From NCBI GenBank assembly GCA_964602025.1, contig CAZRQI010000003.1, forward strand, positions 1-36,452: a DNA stretch of 36,452 nucleotides, in the 5' to 3' direction. Under the pieces are notes generated by a model. The model saw only the letters and a program-made list of their open reading frames with translations, searched no databases and had not been told where the DNA came from. The DNA comes from an uncultured Veillonellaceae bacterium (GTDB lineage Bacteria; Bacillota; Negativicutes; UBA1444). Position 1 is the stretch's first letter. Each line of letters opens with the position of its first letter. Positions 7,655 through 17,686 of this stretch are shown piece by piece. Position numbers and translations under genes: made by a program.

Positions 7655-8415
7655 TATTTTTCCTCCAGACGTTCCGTTCCCTTCATCATCTGTATAAATC
7701 GGATCGACTTCAGGGGGCGTTCGATCCGATGGGCAATGAATTCAATCAAAATCTTTTCCGCCTGCAGTAGGGCGGCTCCCGTCACTTTGAACTGCGGCGG
7801 CTGTTGCCAGTTGACATTCAACAGGCGGTCAATGAAACCGCAAACCGCATCATCCAGCGGTTGCAAGCCCGCATGTTCGCAGTTCGGACAAACCCCGCCG
7901 CCCGCGCAGGAGTCAAAAAACGCCGGCAAAGTCAGCACTTGCCCACAGGCCACGCAACGCTCATACTCCGGATGGAATCCAGCCAACGCCAATAATTGCC
8001 AGGCGCCGGCAAGCGAAACCAAACGAGGATTTCTCTCTGAAAGCAATGAAAGAGCTCCCAATAACACGTCATAGGCGGAAGGTTCGGGAGACCGGTCGGG
8101 CCATAATTCCGAAACCAGTTCCGTCAGAAATGCCGCATAGGTCATGCGTTGAAAATCTTCCCGCAATTCCCGGAAGCTTCTTTTTACTTCGCACTGCCCG
8201 ATCGTATCCAAAGTTCGGCCGGGGATGAGTGAAAGCGATACTTGCGCGAAACTTTGCACGGTGCCAGCAAACCGGCTGCGCGGCCTTCTGGCGCCGTACG
8301 CCGCAGCGGAAATTTTTCCAAGCTCGCGGGAAAACAATACAGCCAATCGGTCGGCCTCACCCAAATCCCTCACCGATAAGACCACGGCTTCCGTTACATA
8401 TTGCTGTTGCGTCAA
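7654..8415 (-). CDS. recO: DNA repair protein RecO
   Basis: 253 aa. It has an N-terminal OB-fold pattern (EAVVLSVRDLGEADRLAVLFSRELGKI) and a Cys4 zinc motif (C.AC...CPNC). Its position after era matches the usual arrangement in Firmicutes. Confidence 0.9.
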   Translation of the reverse strand: MTQQQYVTEAVVLSVRDLGEADRLAVLFSRELGKISAAAYGARRPRSRFAGTVQSFAQVSLSLIPGRTLDTIGQCEVKRSFRELREDFQRMTYAAFLTELVSELWPDRSPEPSAYDVLLGALSLLSERNPRLVSLAGAWQLLALAGFHPEYERCVACGQVLTLPAFFDSCAGGGVCPNCEHAGLQPLDDAVCGFIDRLLNVNWQQPPQFKVTGAALLQAEKILIEFIAHRIERPLKSIRFIQMMKGTERLEEK

Positions 8416-9773
8416 GAGAGAATGCTCCCAAAATCAGGGTCAGGCGGTTGCGCCGGCGGCTCCATCGGCGTGGCCAAGACCCTCAGAATGCGAAATCCGT
8501 CGGTTTTTAAAACTTTGAACCGATAATCGCCGATCTCCACCAAATCCCCTTTCGCAGGCTGCCGACCCAATAAACCAAAAATATATCCCCCGACAGTATC
8601 TTCCTCATGTTCATCCAGACGGATATTGAGTAACTTCAATACCTCGTCCAGCAACACACCACCGTCAAACTGGAAGGAACCATCCGGCATCCGCTGAATT
8701 TCCGGATCGACCGGTTTATCATGCTCATCCTGAATATTGCCGACAATTTCTTCAATGACATCTTCGAGCGCCACTAATCCTGCCGTTCCGCCATATTCGT
8801 CGACAACCACCGCCAGATGAATCCGCTTATGTCGCATCAACTGCAGCAGCTTGGCAACGGACATCCCTTCCGGGACCATCAGCACCTCCCGCATCACCGA
8901 TGACAAATCCGGATTCTCATGCCGAGTTCCGTTATAATTCATCAAGTCACGAATATGCACCATTCCCAGCACGTGATCCTTGTCTTCGCGGCACAGGGGA
9001 TACCGGGTATGTGCGGTCTCCATCACCACCCGCAAATTTTCCTCATAGGGATCATCCGCGAACAGGCACACCATGTCCCGCCGTGGGATCATGATTTCTC
9101 GCGCCATCCGATCCGCAAAGTCAAACACGTTATCAATCAGTTCGCTTTCCATTTGGTCCAATACGCCGCCCCGCCGGCTAGCGCTGACAATCATCCGCAG
9201 CTCTTCTTCCGAATGGGCCATGTCTGCGTCTTTCGCGGGCTCAATTCCCATAAGGTTCAGCAAAACGCGGGCCGTCCGGTCAAAAAGAGTGATTACCGGC
9301 CACCCCAGTTGGTGAAAAATATATAACGGCCAAACCGACCACAACAACATCGTTTCCGTTTTTTGCATGGCAATATTTTTGGGAATGAGTTCGCCCAACA
9401 CCACTGTTACAAACGTTACCACTGAAAAGCTGAGAAACAGGGACACCGATCGCAATAAAATAACGGATCCCGGAAAATACTGGAATACCAGTGGTTCAAT
9501 AAAGGCGGCGACCGCGGGTTCGCCCAGCCAGCCAAGACCCAACGAGGCTAAAGTGACGCCCAGTTGCACCGCACTCAGATAAGAATCCAGGCGAGCCACC
9601 ATTTTAAGCGCAAGAGAAGCACGATTATCTCCTCGCTGCGCCAATTCCTCCAGCCGTGTTTTCCGGATCCTTACCAGAGCAAACTCAGCCAACACAAAAA
9701 AACCATTAATCCCTAACAATCCGATTGCCGCAACCAGTGCAGAGATACTATGAGCAGGACCGTCTATGGCCAA
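8412..9773 (-). CDS. Hemolysin-family membrane protein (CNNM/DUF21 transmembrane domain + CBS pair + CorC_HlyC domain)
   Basis: 453 aa. LAEFALVRIRKTRLEEL is the DUF21 signature. A CBS-pair region follows, then a C-terminal ...VGGYIFGLLGRQPAKGDLVEIGDYRFKVLKTDGFRI motif (CorC/HlyC transporter-associated domain). Confidence 0.9.
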   Translation of the reverse strand: MAIDGPAHSISALVAAIGLLGINGFFVLAEFALVRIRKTRLEELAQRGDNRASLALKMVARLDSYLSAVQLGVTLASLGLGWLGEPAVAAFIEPLVFQYFPGSVILLRSVSLFLSFSVVTFVTVVLGELIPKNIAMQKTETMLLWSVWPLYIFHQLGWPVITLFDRTARVLLNLMGIEPAKDADMAHSEEELRMIVSASRRGGVLDQMESELIDNVFDFADRMAREIMIPRRDMVCLFADDPYEENLRVVMETAHTRYPLCREDKDHVLGMVHIRDLMNYNGTRHENPDLSSVMREVLMVPEGMSVAKLLQLMRHKRIHLAVVVDEYGGTAGLVALEDVIEEIVGNIQDEHDKPVDPEIQRMPDGSFQFDGGVLLDEVLKLLNIRLDEHEEDTVGGYIFGLLGRQPAKGDLVEIGDYRFKVLKTDGFRILRVLATPMEPPAQPPDPDFGSILS

Positions 9774-9788
9774 TCACCTCTTTTTTAT

Positions 9789-10376
9789 TCACGACGGATT
9801 TTTAGGCATTATGCTGCCTGCCGTCAAAACATACTGTAACGCGCTTTCGCTGGTTACGTCAAGTGGCCGGACCGCTTCCACCGGCACGAGGATATTATAA
9901 CCTGCTGTCATATTCAGACTCATTGGAACGAAGACACAAACATGTTCTCCCGGCAATTGTACCGCGATTTCCTCGCTCAAGTCTGATGTGAGGAATCCCA
10001 GAACCCAACTTCCCGGGTACGGAAATTGAACCAATACCGGATTTTTCAACAGACTCTTCGACTCCAGCATGGCCGAGGAAAGCTGCTTCACGCTGTTATA
10101 AATGAATTTTATGCCGGGAAGAAGATTTAATGTTTTTTCCGCCCAGGTCAGCAACCATTTGAGCGCCCAGTGCGTCGACAAAAGTCCGATCAGGGTGATG
10201 GACCCCAACATCACCAACAGCGCCATGCCCGGAAATCGCAAAGGAGCTGGCAAAAAACGGCCAACCAGCCATTCCGTAAAAACGAAGACTTGGGACACAA
10301 CAAATGACGTGATGGCAATCGGGATTAAAACAATAACCCCATTCAAAAAATACTTGGAAAGCTTGCTCATAAACAA
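9789..10376 (-). CDS. DUF502 family membrane protein
   Basis: 195 aa. The N-terminal LSKYFLNGVIVLIPIAITSFVV and overall two-TM layout fit DUF502. The call is by eye only. Confidence 0.65.
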   Translation of the reverse strand: MFMSKLSKYFLNGVIVLIPIAITSFVVSQVFVFTEWLVGRFLPAPLRFPGMALLVMLGSITLIGLLSTHWALKWLLTWAEKTLNLLPGIKFIYNSVKQLSSAMLESKSLLKNPVLVQFPYPGSWVLGFLTSDLSEEIAVQLPGEHVCVFVPMSLNMTAGYNILVPVEAVRPLDVTSESALQYVLTAGSIMPKNPS

Positions 10377-10398
10377 TCTCTTCTCATATTTGCGCTAC

Positions 10399-11319
10399 TC
10401 AGCCATTATTCCGGTCGTCATAGCCAAACATCCGCAAGCTGCCGTCCTTGTTCCGCCAGTCCTTTTTCACCTTCACCCAGAGATCAACGAAAAACCGCGA
10501 GCCAAAGATATTTTCCATTTCGATTCGGGCTTGCCGGCCAATCTCTTTTAACATAGATCCACCTGCTCCGATCACAATGCCCTTTTGCGAATCCCTTTCC
10601 ACATAGATGGTTGCCCGCAAAAAAACGTCGCCATTCGGACGAGTTTTCATTTCTTCCACTTCCACTACCGATGAATGGGGAATCTCATCCCGGGTCAATC
10701 GAAAGATCTTTTCCCGGATGAGTTCGGCGGCAACCACCCGCTCCGGTTGGTCGGTCACTTCATCTTCCGGATAATACTGGGGACCTTCCGGCAGCGCTTC
10801 TTTGATAACGGACATCAGTCGTTCCGTGTTGTCGCCGGTCAGCGCCGACAAGGGAACTACCGCCGCAAACTCCCTAAAAGCGGCGTACTTTGTGATAACC
10901 GGCAATAATTGCTCTTTGGGTAACAAATCAATCTTGTTCAGCACCAATACGACCGGCGTCACTTCTTCCTTCAACATTTCCAGAATATAATGCTCCCCCG
11001 GCCCGATCGATTCCGTCACATCGGACACGAACAGGATCAGGTCCACCTCTTTCAAGGCGCCTTTGGCGCTTTTCACCATATACTCGCCCAATTTGTGCTG
11101 CGGCTTGTGAATACCGGGAGTATCCAAAAACAGGATCTGGGCATCCGGTTGCGTCAAAATACCCAGGATGCGGTTACGCGTCGTCTGCGGTGTGTCCGAA
11201 ACAATCGCGATTTTTTGGCCGACCAGTTGATTCAGCAAAGTCGACTTACCCACGTTAGGCCGCCCAATGACTGCCACAAATCCTGATTTGAACTGTTTAA
11301 CAGACTCATTCATGCCCAA
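10399..11319 (-). CDS. era: GTPase Era
   Basis: 306 aa. G1 motif GRPNVGKST, DTPG, NKID and a C-terminal KH domain (VERDSQKGIVIGAGGSMLKEIG). Confidence 0.95.
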   Translation of the reverse strand: MGMNESVKQFKSGFVAVIGRPNVGKSTLLNQLVGQKIAIVSDTPQTTRNRILGILTQPDAQILFLDTPGIHKPQHKLGEYMVKSAKGALKEVDLILFVSDVTESIGPGEHYILEMLKEEVTPVVLVLNKIDLLPKEQLLPVITKYAAFREFAAVVPLSALTGDNTERLMSVIKEALPEGPQYYPEDEVTDQPERVVAAELIREKIFRLTRDEIPHSSVVEVEEMKTRPNGDVFLRATIYVERDSQKGIVIGAGGSMLKEIGRQARIEMENIFGSRFFVDLWVKVKKDWRNKDGSLRMFGYDDRNNG

Positions 11320-11725
11320 TGGCTCCCTTCATATGCTCCGGTCCAAAGCCATACGGCAATAACTCGGACAAAGTCATGCGTCTACATTCTCCCGCCAAAT
11401 TGCACAAGATGATTTCCCGAATGTCGAATTCCCGCATGACTTGGCGACAAGCTCCGCAAGGAAATACCGGTTCCGGCGTATCGGCGACGACCAACAGTCG
11501 GATCAATTTTGTTTCACCAGCGGATATTGCTTGGAAAACAGCAGCCCGTTCTGCACAAATCGTCAACCCATAAGAGGCGTTTTCCACATTGCAACCACCA
11601 TATATCCGGCCGCTTTCCCCCTCTACCGCCGCACCGACGGCGAATCGCGAATAGGGAGTATAGGCGCGATTTCGAACAATCATCGCTTCCGTCAGCAACT
11701 CCGAATGGGGGATTTGTGCGTTCAT
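11306..11725 (-). CDS. cdd: Cytidine deaminase
   Basis: 139 aa. Zinc-ligand motifs C.AE (ICAERAA) and PCGACRQ. It overlaps the era start by 14 nt. Confidence 0.9.
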   Translation of the reverse strand: MNAQIPHSELLTEAMIVRNRAYTPYSRFAVGAAVEGESGRIYGGCNVENASYGLTICAERAAVFQAISAGETKLIRLLVVADTPEPVFPCGACRQVMREFDIREIILCNLAGECRRMTLSELLPYGFGPEHMKGAIGHE

Positions 11726-12201
11726 CGCGAGATCCCTAGCGCAGTCAAAATTCGTTTTTCTTCTGATCGCATCAGTTTTTTTGCGGCCTCGTCTTTATCA
11801 TGATCATGTCCCAATAGATGTAAAAGTCCGTGAACAAGCAAAAATGCCAACTCGCGTTCCACAGAATGGCCATATTCCGCCGCCTGCGTCACGGCTTTTT
11901 CTACTGAAATCACAATGTCGCCCAACATTCGCGCGGCTGGTCCGCCGATGATTTCTGGTTCGACTTCTCCCGCCAGCTCCTCTTCCAAAGGAAATGACAA
12001 GACATCGGTTGGGACATCCTTCTCCCGGTAATCTCGGTTCAACTCCTGAATTGTCGCATTATCCACCAACAATACGCTTATTTCCGTTTCATCCGCCAAC
12101 TCCAGCAGTTCCGCCGCTTTTTGCAGTACTGTCCGCACAGTTTCCACTGTTTTCAACGGCAACGAGAGATTTTCCGGATCCAGATTTATTTCCATTTGCA
12201 T
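11722..12201 (-). CDS. ybeY: rRNA maturation endoribonuclease YbeY
   Basis: The track ORF extends to 12300. I prefer ATG 12201, which has AAGGAGG (12217-12211) 9 nt upstream. It gives MQMEINLDPENL..., which is collinear with B. subtilis YbeY as I recall it. Motif HGLLHLLGHDH is present. Confidence 0.9.
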   Translation of the reverse strand: MQMEINLDPENLSLPLKTVETVRTVLQKAAELLELADETEISVLLVDNATIQELNRDYREKDVPTDVLSFPLEEELAGEVEPEIIGGPAARMLGDIVISVEKAVTQAAEYGHSVERELAFLLVHGLLHLLGHDHDKDEAAKKLMRSEEKRILTALGISR

Positions 12202-14302
12202 TGCGTGAACGCCTCCTTTCCAAGTCCCGAATCGCATCCGCCGGATATTCAACCCGCGAATGACAAGTGCTGCAAAGCACCCGGATAAAGATGTCGCCAA
12301 TAATGTTCAAGTCCCGCAATGTCAAATCACACTCGTTCAGTTGCCCATCCCGGAGACGTTCATTGATAATCCTTCGAACTGTGTTTTCGATCCGGGTCAC
12401 ATTGGGTTTGCCGATAGCCCGGACTGCCGCTTCGCAGCCGTCCGCCAGCATGATCAGCGCAGCTTCCCGTGTCTGTGGCTTCGGCCCCTCATAGCGAAAA
12501 TCTTCCTCAATAATGCACTCGCCATGCTCACCTTCCGCCGCCTGTTTATAAAAATAGGAAACCAGCGAGGTTCCGTGATGCTGACCGACGATGTCCGCGA
12601 TGACTTCCGGCAGTTTATACTCCCGGCAAAATTCCAGACCATCCCGGATGTGTGAGGTGATAATCATCGTGGAAAGACTTGGCGACAGCTTCGCGTGAGG
12701 ATTGTCAATGTTCACCTGGTTTTCCACGAAGAAATAGGGACGCTGGATCTTGCCGACATCATGATAATATGCCCCGACACGCGATAAAACCGGATCGGCG
12801 CCAATCTGATCCGCCGCGGTTTCCGCCAAATTTCCAACCAAAATACTGTGATAATAGGTTCCGGGCGCCTCCAGCAACAAACGTTGCAGCAAGGGATGAT
12901 TCGGGCGCGCCAGATTCAGCAGTTTTTCAGAAGTGGTGATCCGAAACGCCTGCTCAAGATACGGCAACAAGCCAATGGCCAAAATCGCCGATCCAACCCC
13001 GCCAACGGCTCCCAACAATGAATCTGAAAGGATTTGCCGATAGCCGATTTCTTCAATCAACCCGGTTGTAACAATCGTCGCAACGTTCGCCAGCGCAACC
13101 AGTAACCCCGCCCTTACCAAGCTGTATTGGCGCCCGCTTTTGGCCAGGCAGAAAACACCCGCGAAACTACCTAACAATACAACGGAAAACACCCGCAAAT
13201 TTTGTTCGGTAATAATGCCGAAGAACAATGCTGTTATCGTTGATAGCATCATCGCTGCGGTTGGATTGATCAAAATAGCGGTCAAAAGGGGACCTACCGC
13301 AATGGGAGATGCAAAATCCGAATACAAGTGTCCAATCCTGCCAATGGTCAACGTCAAAATTATAACCAAACCAATCAGCAGCAGTCGGCGATCATCGGCG
13401 AAAACAGCCGGGAAAAATCGCTGCAGCGATAGCAGCAACGCCCCCATGATCAGCAGGACATACAGCGCCAAGCCCAACACACGCACTATGCCAGTATCTG
13501 TCCGGTGTAAGCCGAGTTCCATCATCATTTGGACCTGTTCGTCCGTTACCACATCGCCCCGGCGAACGACAATCTGTCCATTCTTCACAGTAATCCGGAT
13601 AGGTTCCATTTTACGGAGCGCCGCCTGGCGTCGCAACTCGGTTTCCCGGTGATTGAGCACAAAGTTTGGCCGCAGATGGGGTTGAATAACATCTACGAGA
13701 ACCTGCACGCCCGTCTCGCCAAACCCCAATTTATCAATGTCGATTGTCGCCTGGCGACGAATGTTTTCCAATTCTTCATCGCGAATTCCGCGATAAAGAT
13801 ACTTTCGCAAAATATTCCGGGCATGCTCTTCGATCTGATCCAGTTCAGCCTGCCCTAACAACGGTAACAGCCGAATGGTCTTTTCTGGCATAATTCCCGT
13901 CATGAGGCCTTTCAGCTTATCCGCTTTTTCTTCAGGCGTCTTGAGTGACTTATCCGCCTGTACGGTCCGAACCGCCCGAAAAATTCGACCGACTTCGTCC
14001 TCTGCCGTCACTGCCGCAGCGGTATCCAGATCGTAGACATTCGCCACCCCTGCCAACACTTCGGCTTCCAGCTTTTTCGTCCGGGGTTCGTCAACAAACG
14101 ATACGGTTCGGGGCGCAATAACATCCCGATCGCTCACCTGCCCGACGGAAAGCGAAAAGTAGTCCGGTAAAACATCCATGGACAATATCACTGTATTCAA
14201 AATGAAAAACAACAAAAATAAGCCAATCTTCCGTCCCGGCGAATGATCTTTCGCTGCCGTCGATTCACTGAAAAAAGAATCCAGTTGATTCCAAAATCCC
14301 AT
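12089..14302 (-). CDS. pgpH: Cyclic-di-AMP phosphodiesterase PgpH (7TM receptor with HD/HDIG domain)
   Basis: 737 aa, with an extracellular N-terminal domain, a 7-TM block and an HD domain (GAYYHDVGK...HH). It occupies the position of B. subtilis yqfF. The low-complexity C-terminal tail overlaps ybeY. Confidence 0.9.
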   Translation of the reverse strand: MGFWNQLDSFFSESTAAKDHSPGRKIGLFLLFFILNTVILSMDVLPDYFSLSVGQVSDRDVIAPRTVSFVDEPRTKKLEAEVLAGVANVYDLDTAAAVTAEDEVGRIFRAVRTVQADKSLKTPEEKADKLKGLMTGIMPEKTIRLLPLLGQAELDQIEEHARNILRKYLYRGIRDEELENIRRQATIDIDKLGFGETGVQVLVDVIQPHLRPNFVLNHRETELRRQAALRKMEPIRITVKNGQIVVRRGDVVTDEQVQMMMELGLHRTDTGIVRVLGLALYVLLIMGALLLSLQRFFPAVFADDRRLLLIGLVIILTLTIGRIGHLYSDFASPIAVGPLLTAILINPTAAMMLSTITALFFGIITEQNLRVFSVVLLGSFAGVFCLAKSGRQYSLVRAGLLVALANVATIVTTGLIEEIGYRQILSDSLLGAVGGVGSAILAIGLLPYLEQAFRITTSEKLLNLARPNHPLLQRLLLEAPGTYYHSILVGNLAETAADQIGADPVLSRVGAYYHDVGKIQRPYFFVENQVNIDNPHAKLSPSLSTMIITSHIRDGLEFCREYKLPEVIADIVGQHHGTSLVSYFYKQAAEGEHGECIIEEDFRYEGPKPQTREAALIMLADGCEAAVRAIGKPNVTRIENTVRRIINERLRDGQLNECDLTLRDLNIIGDIFIRVLCSTCHSRVEYPADAIRDLERRRSRNANGNKSGSGKSLVAVENSGNCADSTAKSGGTAGVGG

Positions 14303-14359
14303 ATCAGATTTCCCTGCCTAACCTGACGAATACGTTGTACAATTCAACGTTGATCTGAT

Positions 14360-14800
14360 TCATTCGCCAATGTACTTGGTATGCATTTTTTTGATGCAGG
14401 TATCCATGACAAACAATAATCCCGCATCCGTTGCAATTTTTTCGGCAACAGAACTCTCAACCTCTTCCTGAAGCCAGAGTACTTTAGCGCCAATGGCGAC
14501 GGCATCCCTGGCAATCGGTTCACAGTCCTCGGAACGTCGAAATACATCCACGATATCGACCGGTCGACCGATTTCATGCAAAGAGGCAGCGACGGAACGC
14601 CCCAAGATTTCACCGCCGCCCGGTCGCACCGGAATCACATCATACCCGTGCTCCAGCAGGTATTTTCCCACTCGAAAGCTCGGTCGATCTTCCTGCGGCG
14701 ACATTCCGACGATTGCGATTGTTTTCATCGCCAGCACTGTCCGGACTTTTTCTTCGAAAATGTCACATTCCGTTCCTTCGCCGCGTCGGCAATCTTCCAT
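14360..14800 (-). CDS. CoA-binding domain protein (YccU/YneT-like)
   Basis: 146 aa. KTIAIVGMSPQEDRPSFRVGKYLLEHGYDVIPVRP is the typical CoA_binding_2 signature. The start could instead be the internal Met before KTIAIVG. Confidence 0.8.
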   Translation of the reverse strand: MEDCRRGEGTECDIFEEKVRTVLAMKTIAIVGMSPQEDRPSFRVGKYLLEHGYDVIPVRPGGGEILGRSVAASLHEIGRPVDIVDVFRRSEDCEPIARDAVAIGAKVLWLQEEVESSVAEKIATDAGLLFVMDTCIKKMHTKYIGE

Positions 14801-14801
14801 G

Positions 14802-15200
14802 TCAAAGCCCCCTTATTCGATGTCGGATGGGCCGTAAAGAAACCGGCGGAGCAATGATTTCCGCCCATACAAAACCTTGTGCAACCCCGCAGAGCTCCCA
14901 CCTCTTATCCAAAGCTGGCTCTGCCGGCAAGATTTTCGTCAACCCGGAATCATCAGTATTCATCCGCCAAGTCGGATCTCCCTCATCACCCGGCGTTCCT
15001 TCCCCATCTATGACCGGTAATGGAGGTGGCCGCATCCCGTGGGAAAGTTCCCCCGGCATTCCTGCGGCGTCTTGCCCGTTGGTCGGCACAGGGGACGGAA
15101 ATTCCGGATATTGATATGGTTTTTTTTGTTTAAACCGCTTCATGATTTCCGGGACCACATACATGACAATCATGATTACGATAAATAACCCGATGTCCAT
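14802..15200 (-). CDS. Hypothetical membrane-anchored Pro-rich protein, in the position of yqfB in the B. subtilis yqeZ-yqfA-yqfB operon
   Basis: 132 aa, with one N-terminal TM helix (MDIGLFIVIMIVMYVV) followed by a Pro/Gly/Asp-rich region. It is tightly packed between floA and the CoA-binding gene. I did not recognise any domain. Confidence 0.5.
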   Translation of the reverse strand: MDIGLFIVIMIVMYVVPEIMKRFKQKKPYQYPEFPSPVPTNGQDAAGMPGELSHGMRPPPLPVIDGEGTPGDEGDPTWRMNTDDSGLTKILPAEPALDKRWELCGVAQGFVWAEIIAPPVSLRPIRHRIRGL

Positions 15201-15209
15201 AATCCATCC

Positions 15210-16208
15210 CTACCGTTTCGTTTCGTCGGGTTTGATCGGCATTGCGCCGCCTTTGGCAATATTCTCGCGCATACTGGTGTCGGCCATGACATTATGCATG
15301 GTGTAATAATCCATAACCCCCAGTTTCCCTTCCCGTAAAGCTACAGCCAATGCCTGCGGAACCTCCGCCTGCGCCTCCACCACTTTGGCCTGCATTTCCT
15401 GCGTTCGTGCCCGCATTTCCTGTTCATGGGCCACAGCCATAGCCCGACGCTCTTCCGCCTTGGCCTGGGCAACCCTTTTTTCCGCTTCGGCCTGGTCTGT
15501 CATCAATTGCGCTCCGATATTGCGGCCCACATCGACATCCGCGATATCAATCGACAAAATCTCAAAAGCCGTACCGGCGTCCAATCCCTTTGACAGAACC
15601 GTACGGGAGATATGATCAGGGTTCTCCAGAACGTCTTTATGGTCGGTTGCCGAACCAACGCTGGTAACGATGCCTTCCCCCACCCGCGCAATAATGGTCG
15701 CTTCGCCGGCGCCGCCCACCAGACGGTCAATATTTGTTCGCACAGTAACCCGTGCTTTCACCTTCAATTCAATCCCGTTTTTCGCCACGGCCGAAACCAC
15801 CGGAGTTTCAATAACGCGCGGATTGACGCTCATCTGCACGGCTTCCAACACATTGCGCCCTGCCAGGTCAATGGCGCAGGATCGTTCCAGCGACAAGGGA
15901 ATCTGCGCCCGGGCGGCGGCTATCATCGAATCGATTACCCTGTCGACGTTGCCGCCAGCCAAATAGTGGGCCTCCAATTGGTTGACATTGACATCAAGCC
16001 CCGCCTTATTGGCCTTAATCAGCGGCAACACGATTTGAGCCGGTGGCACACGGCGCAAGCGCATGCCGACCAATGTGAATATTCCTACGCTGGAGCCAGC
16101 GGCCATTGCCGAAATCCAGAGTCCAATCGGCACAAAATGCAGAAACAAAGCCACTACGATGAAAAATACCACCAAAATAAATAGGCTACCCATCAATGTT
16201 GCAATCAC
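15210..16208 (-). CDS. floA: Flotillin-like protein FloA
   Basis: 332 aa. [37 protein letters not shown] matches the FloA/YqfA family almost motif for motif. Confidence 0.9.
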   Translation of the reverse strand: MIATLMGSLFILVVFFIVVALFLHFVPIGLWISAMAAGSSVGIFTLVGMRLRRVPPAQIVLPLIKANKAGLDVNVNQLEAHYLAGGNVDRVIDSMIAAARAQIPLSLERSCAIDLAGRNVLEAVQMSVNPRVIETPVVSAVAKNGIELKVKARVTVRTNIDRLVGGAGEATIIARVGEGIVTSVGSATDHKDVLENPDHISRTVLSKGLDAGTAFEILSIDIADVDVGRNIGAQLMTDQAEAEKRVAQAKAEERRAMAVAHEQEMRARTQEMQAKVVEAQAEVPQALAVALREGKLGVMDYYTMHNVMADTSMRENIAKGGAMPIKPDETKR

Positions 16209-16212
16209 GCCA

Positions 16213-17544
16213 TCATTCCTCCTTGCCCGTTTCGTTTAAATCTTCCATAGCCCTTACGACAATCCGGTTCCCGTTTACACTGATCACCCTGACTTTAGCT
16301 CCCGGTTCAACAAATCTCCCCTCGGAAACGACATCAAAAATCTGTCCGTCAATCTCCACCGTTCCGGCCGGATGCAACAAGGTCAGCACCAGCCCTTCCC
16401 GAGCGATCAGGCGGCTCAGATCATCACTGGAAGTATAGCCGCGATCGGTCTTCAATGCGTCCTTCAATACCAACCGGTTCCAGAGTTTTGACGAAGGAAG
16501 GTACCGAAGCAGAATCAGAAATCCGACCGTGGCGGCGACCGTGCCGCCAGCCATGATATTCAAAGCGCCAATACCACCGCCCAGAGTCATGAACAGGCTG
16601 AACAAAATGCAGGCAATGCCGGAAATGCCAAACACGCCGAATCCCGGCACAATCAATTCCACTGCCAGCAAAATCAGGCCGACGAGAAACAGTAGCACTT
16701 CCAGCCAGCTCGCCACCCCCGTCATCCATTGGGCGCCAAAAAACAATGCCGTAGCCGCCAGGCCAAATAACGCCGCTACGCCGGTACCAGCCGTCTTGAC
16801 CTCGGTCATCACCGCCAAAAAGATAATCCCGATCAGCGCCGACTTTACGATCGGATCCGATAACCAACCGGCGATCCGTTCCGGCCAACCGCTCTGAACC
16901 TCAATGACCGGTGCGTCTTTCAGGCCATAATGGGTCAAAACAGCAGTTCTATCCGCTGCAACAATATCTGCATATCCAACTTCCACCGCTTGCGCATCCG
17001 TGAGCGAAAGGATCTTGCCCGCCGGCGCATATTTCCCAAAGCCAAGGGATTTGTCGACCATTGCTTCCGCCACCTTGGGATTGCGGCCCATTTTTGTCGC
17101 GGTTGCGGCAAACTCGGCCCTTACGGCTGCCACAGTTTTCTCCGTGGTGGGTATCGGTTCGGCGGCGCCAATCGTGCCGCCCGGCGCCATGGCGATATGC
17201 TGGTGGGAAATGGCGATCAGTGCTCCCGCTGACCAAGCCCGATTCTTAACATAACAAATCGTCCGCAATTTTGAATCGCTGATCATGTCACGGATTTTTA
17301 CCGCCGCATCGACTTGGCCGCCAAAAGTTTCAATCTCCAGCAAAAGGGCGCCCGCTTTCTTCTCGGCTGCTTCCCCCAAGGCTTTAAATACCAAAGCCGT
17401 CTGTCCGGCATCAATCTCACCGCGAATGGACACTACTACCACTGGTGCGTTTTCCGCCGCACCAGCCTCCGCCGTCCATAAAACAAACGATGCCATAAGC
17501 AATATGAAGGCGATCAGAGTTCTTGCCAGCGATAATCTGATCAT
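16213..17544 (-). CDS. nfeD: NfeD family membrane-bound ClpP-class serine protease
   Basis: 443 aa. It has a signal/TM segment, a ClpP-like domain ([11 protein letters not shown]...LEIETFGG...SAGALI), a multi-TM block and a C-terminal NfeD OB domain. It lies directly upstream of floA, like yqeZ. Confidence 0.85.
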   Translation of the reverse strand: MIRLSLARTLIAFILLMASFVLWTAEAGAAENAPVVVVSIRGEIDAGQTALVFKALGEAAEKKAGALLLEIETFGGQVDAAVKIRDMISDSKLRTICYVKNRAWSAGALIAISHQHIAMAPGGTIGAAEPIPTTEKTVAAVRAEFAATATKMGRNPKVAEAMVDKSLGFGKYAPAGKILSLTDAQAVEVGYADIVAADRTAVLTHYGLKDAPVIEVQSGWPERIAGWLSDPIVKSALIGIIFLAVMTEVKTAGTGVAALFGLAATALFFGAQWMTGVASWLEVLLFLVGLILLAVELIVPGFGVFGISGIACILFSLFMTLGGGIGALNIMAGGTVAATVGFLILLRYLPSSKLWNRLVLKDALKTDRGYTSSDDLSRLIAREGLVLTLLHPAGTVEIDGQIFDVVSEGRFVEPGAKVRVISVNGNRIVVRAMEDLNETGKEE

Positions 17545-17631
17545 TTTTCCACTCCTAAAAGTTATACCTTGTCAAATTAGTATTCGCCGCAAGTGTTGAC
17601 ATTCCTTTTACTCTACACCTCATAACAAAAT

Positions 17632-17662
17632 GAAAAAACCAGCGCTTAAAAACGCTGGTTTT
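17632..17662 (-). terminator. Rho-independent terminator after yqeY (hairpin has U/A tracts on both sides)
   Basis: AACCAGCG (17636-17643) pairs with CGCTGGTT (17652-17659) around an 8-nt loop. On the minus strand the stem is followed by TTTTTT (complement of 17637-17632). Confidence 0.75.
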
Positions 17663-17686
17663 TCTTGCAAGAAACTCTCCGGTAAT

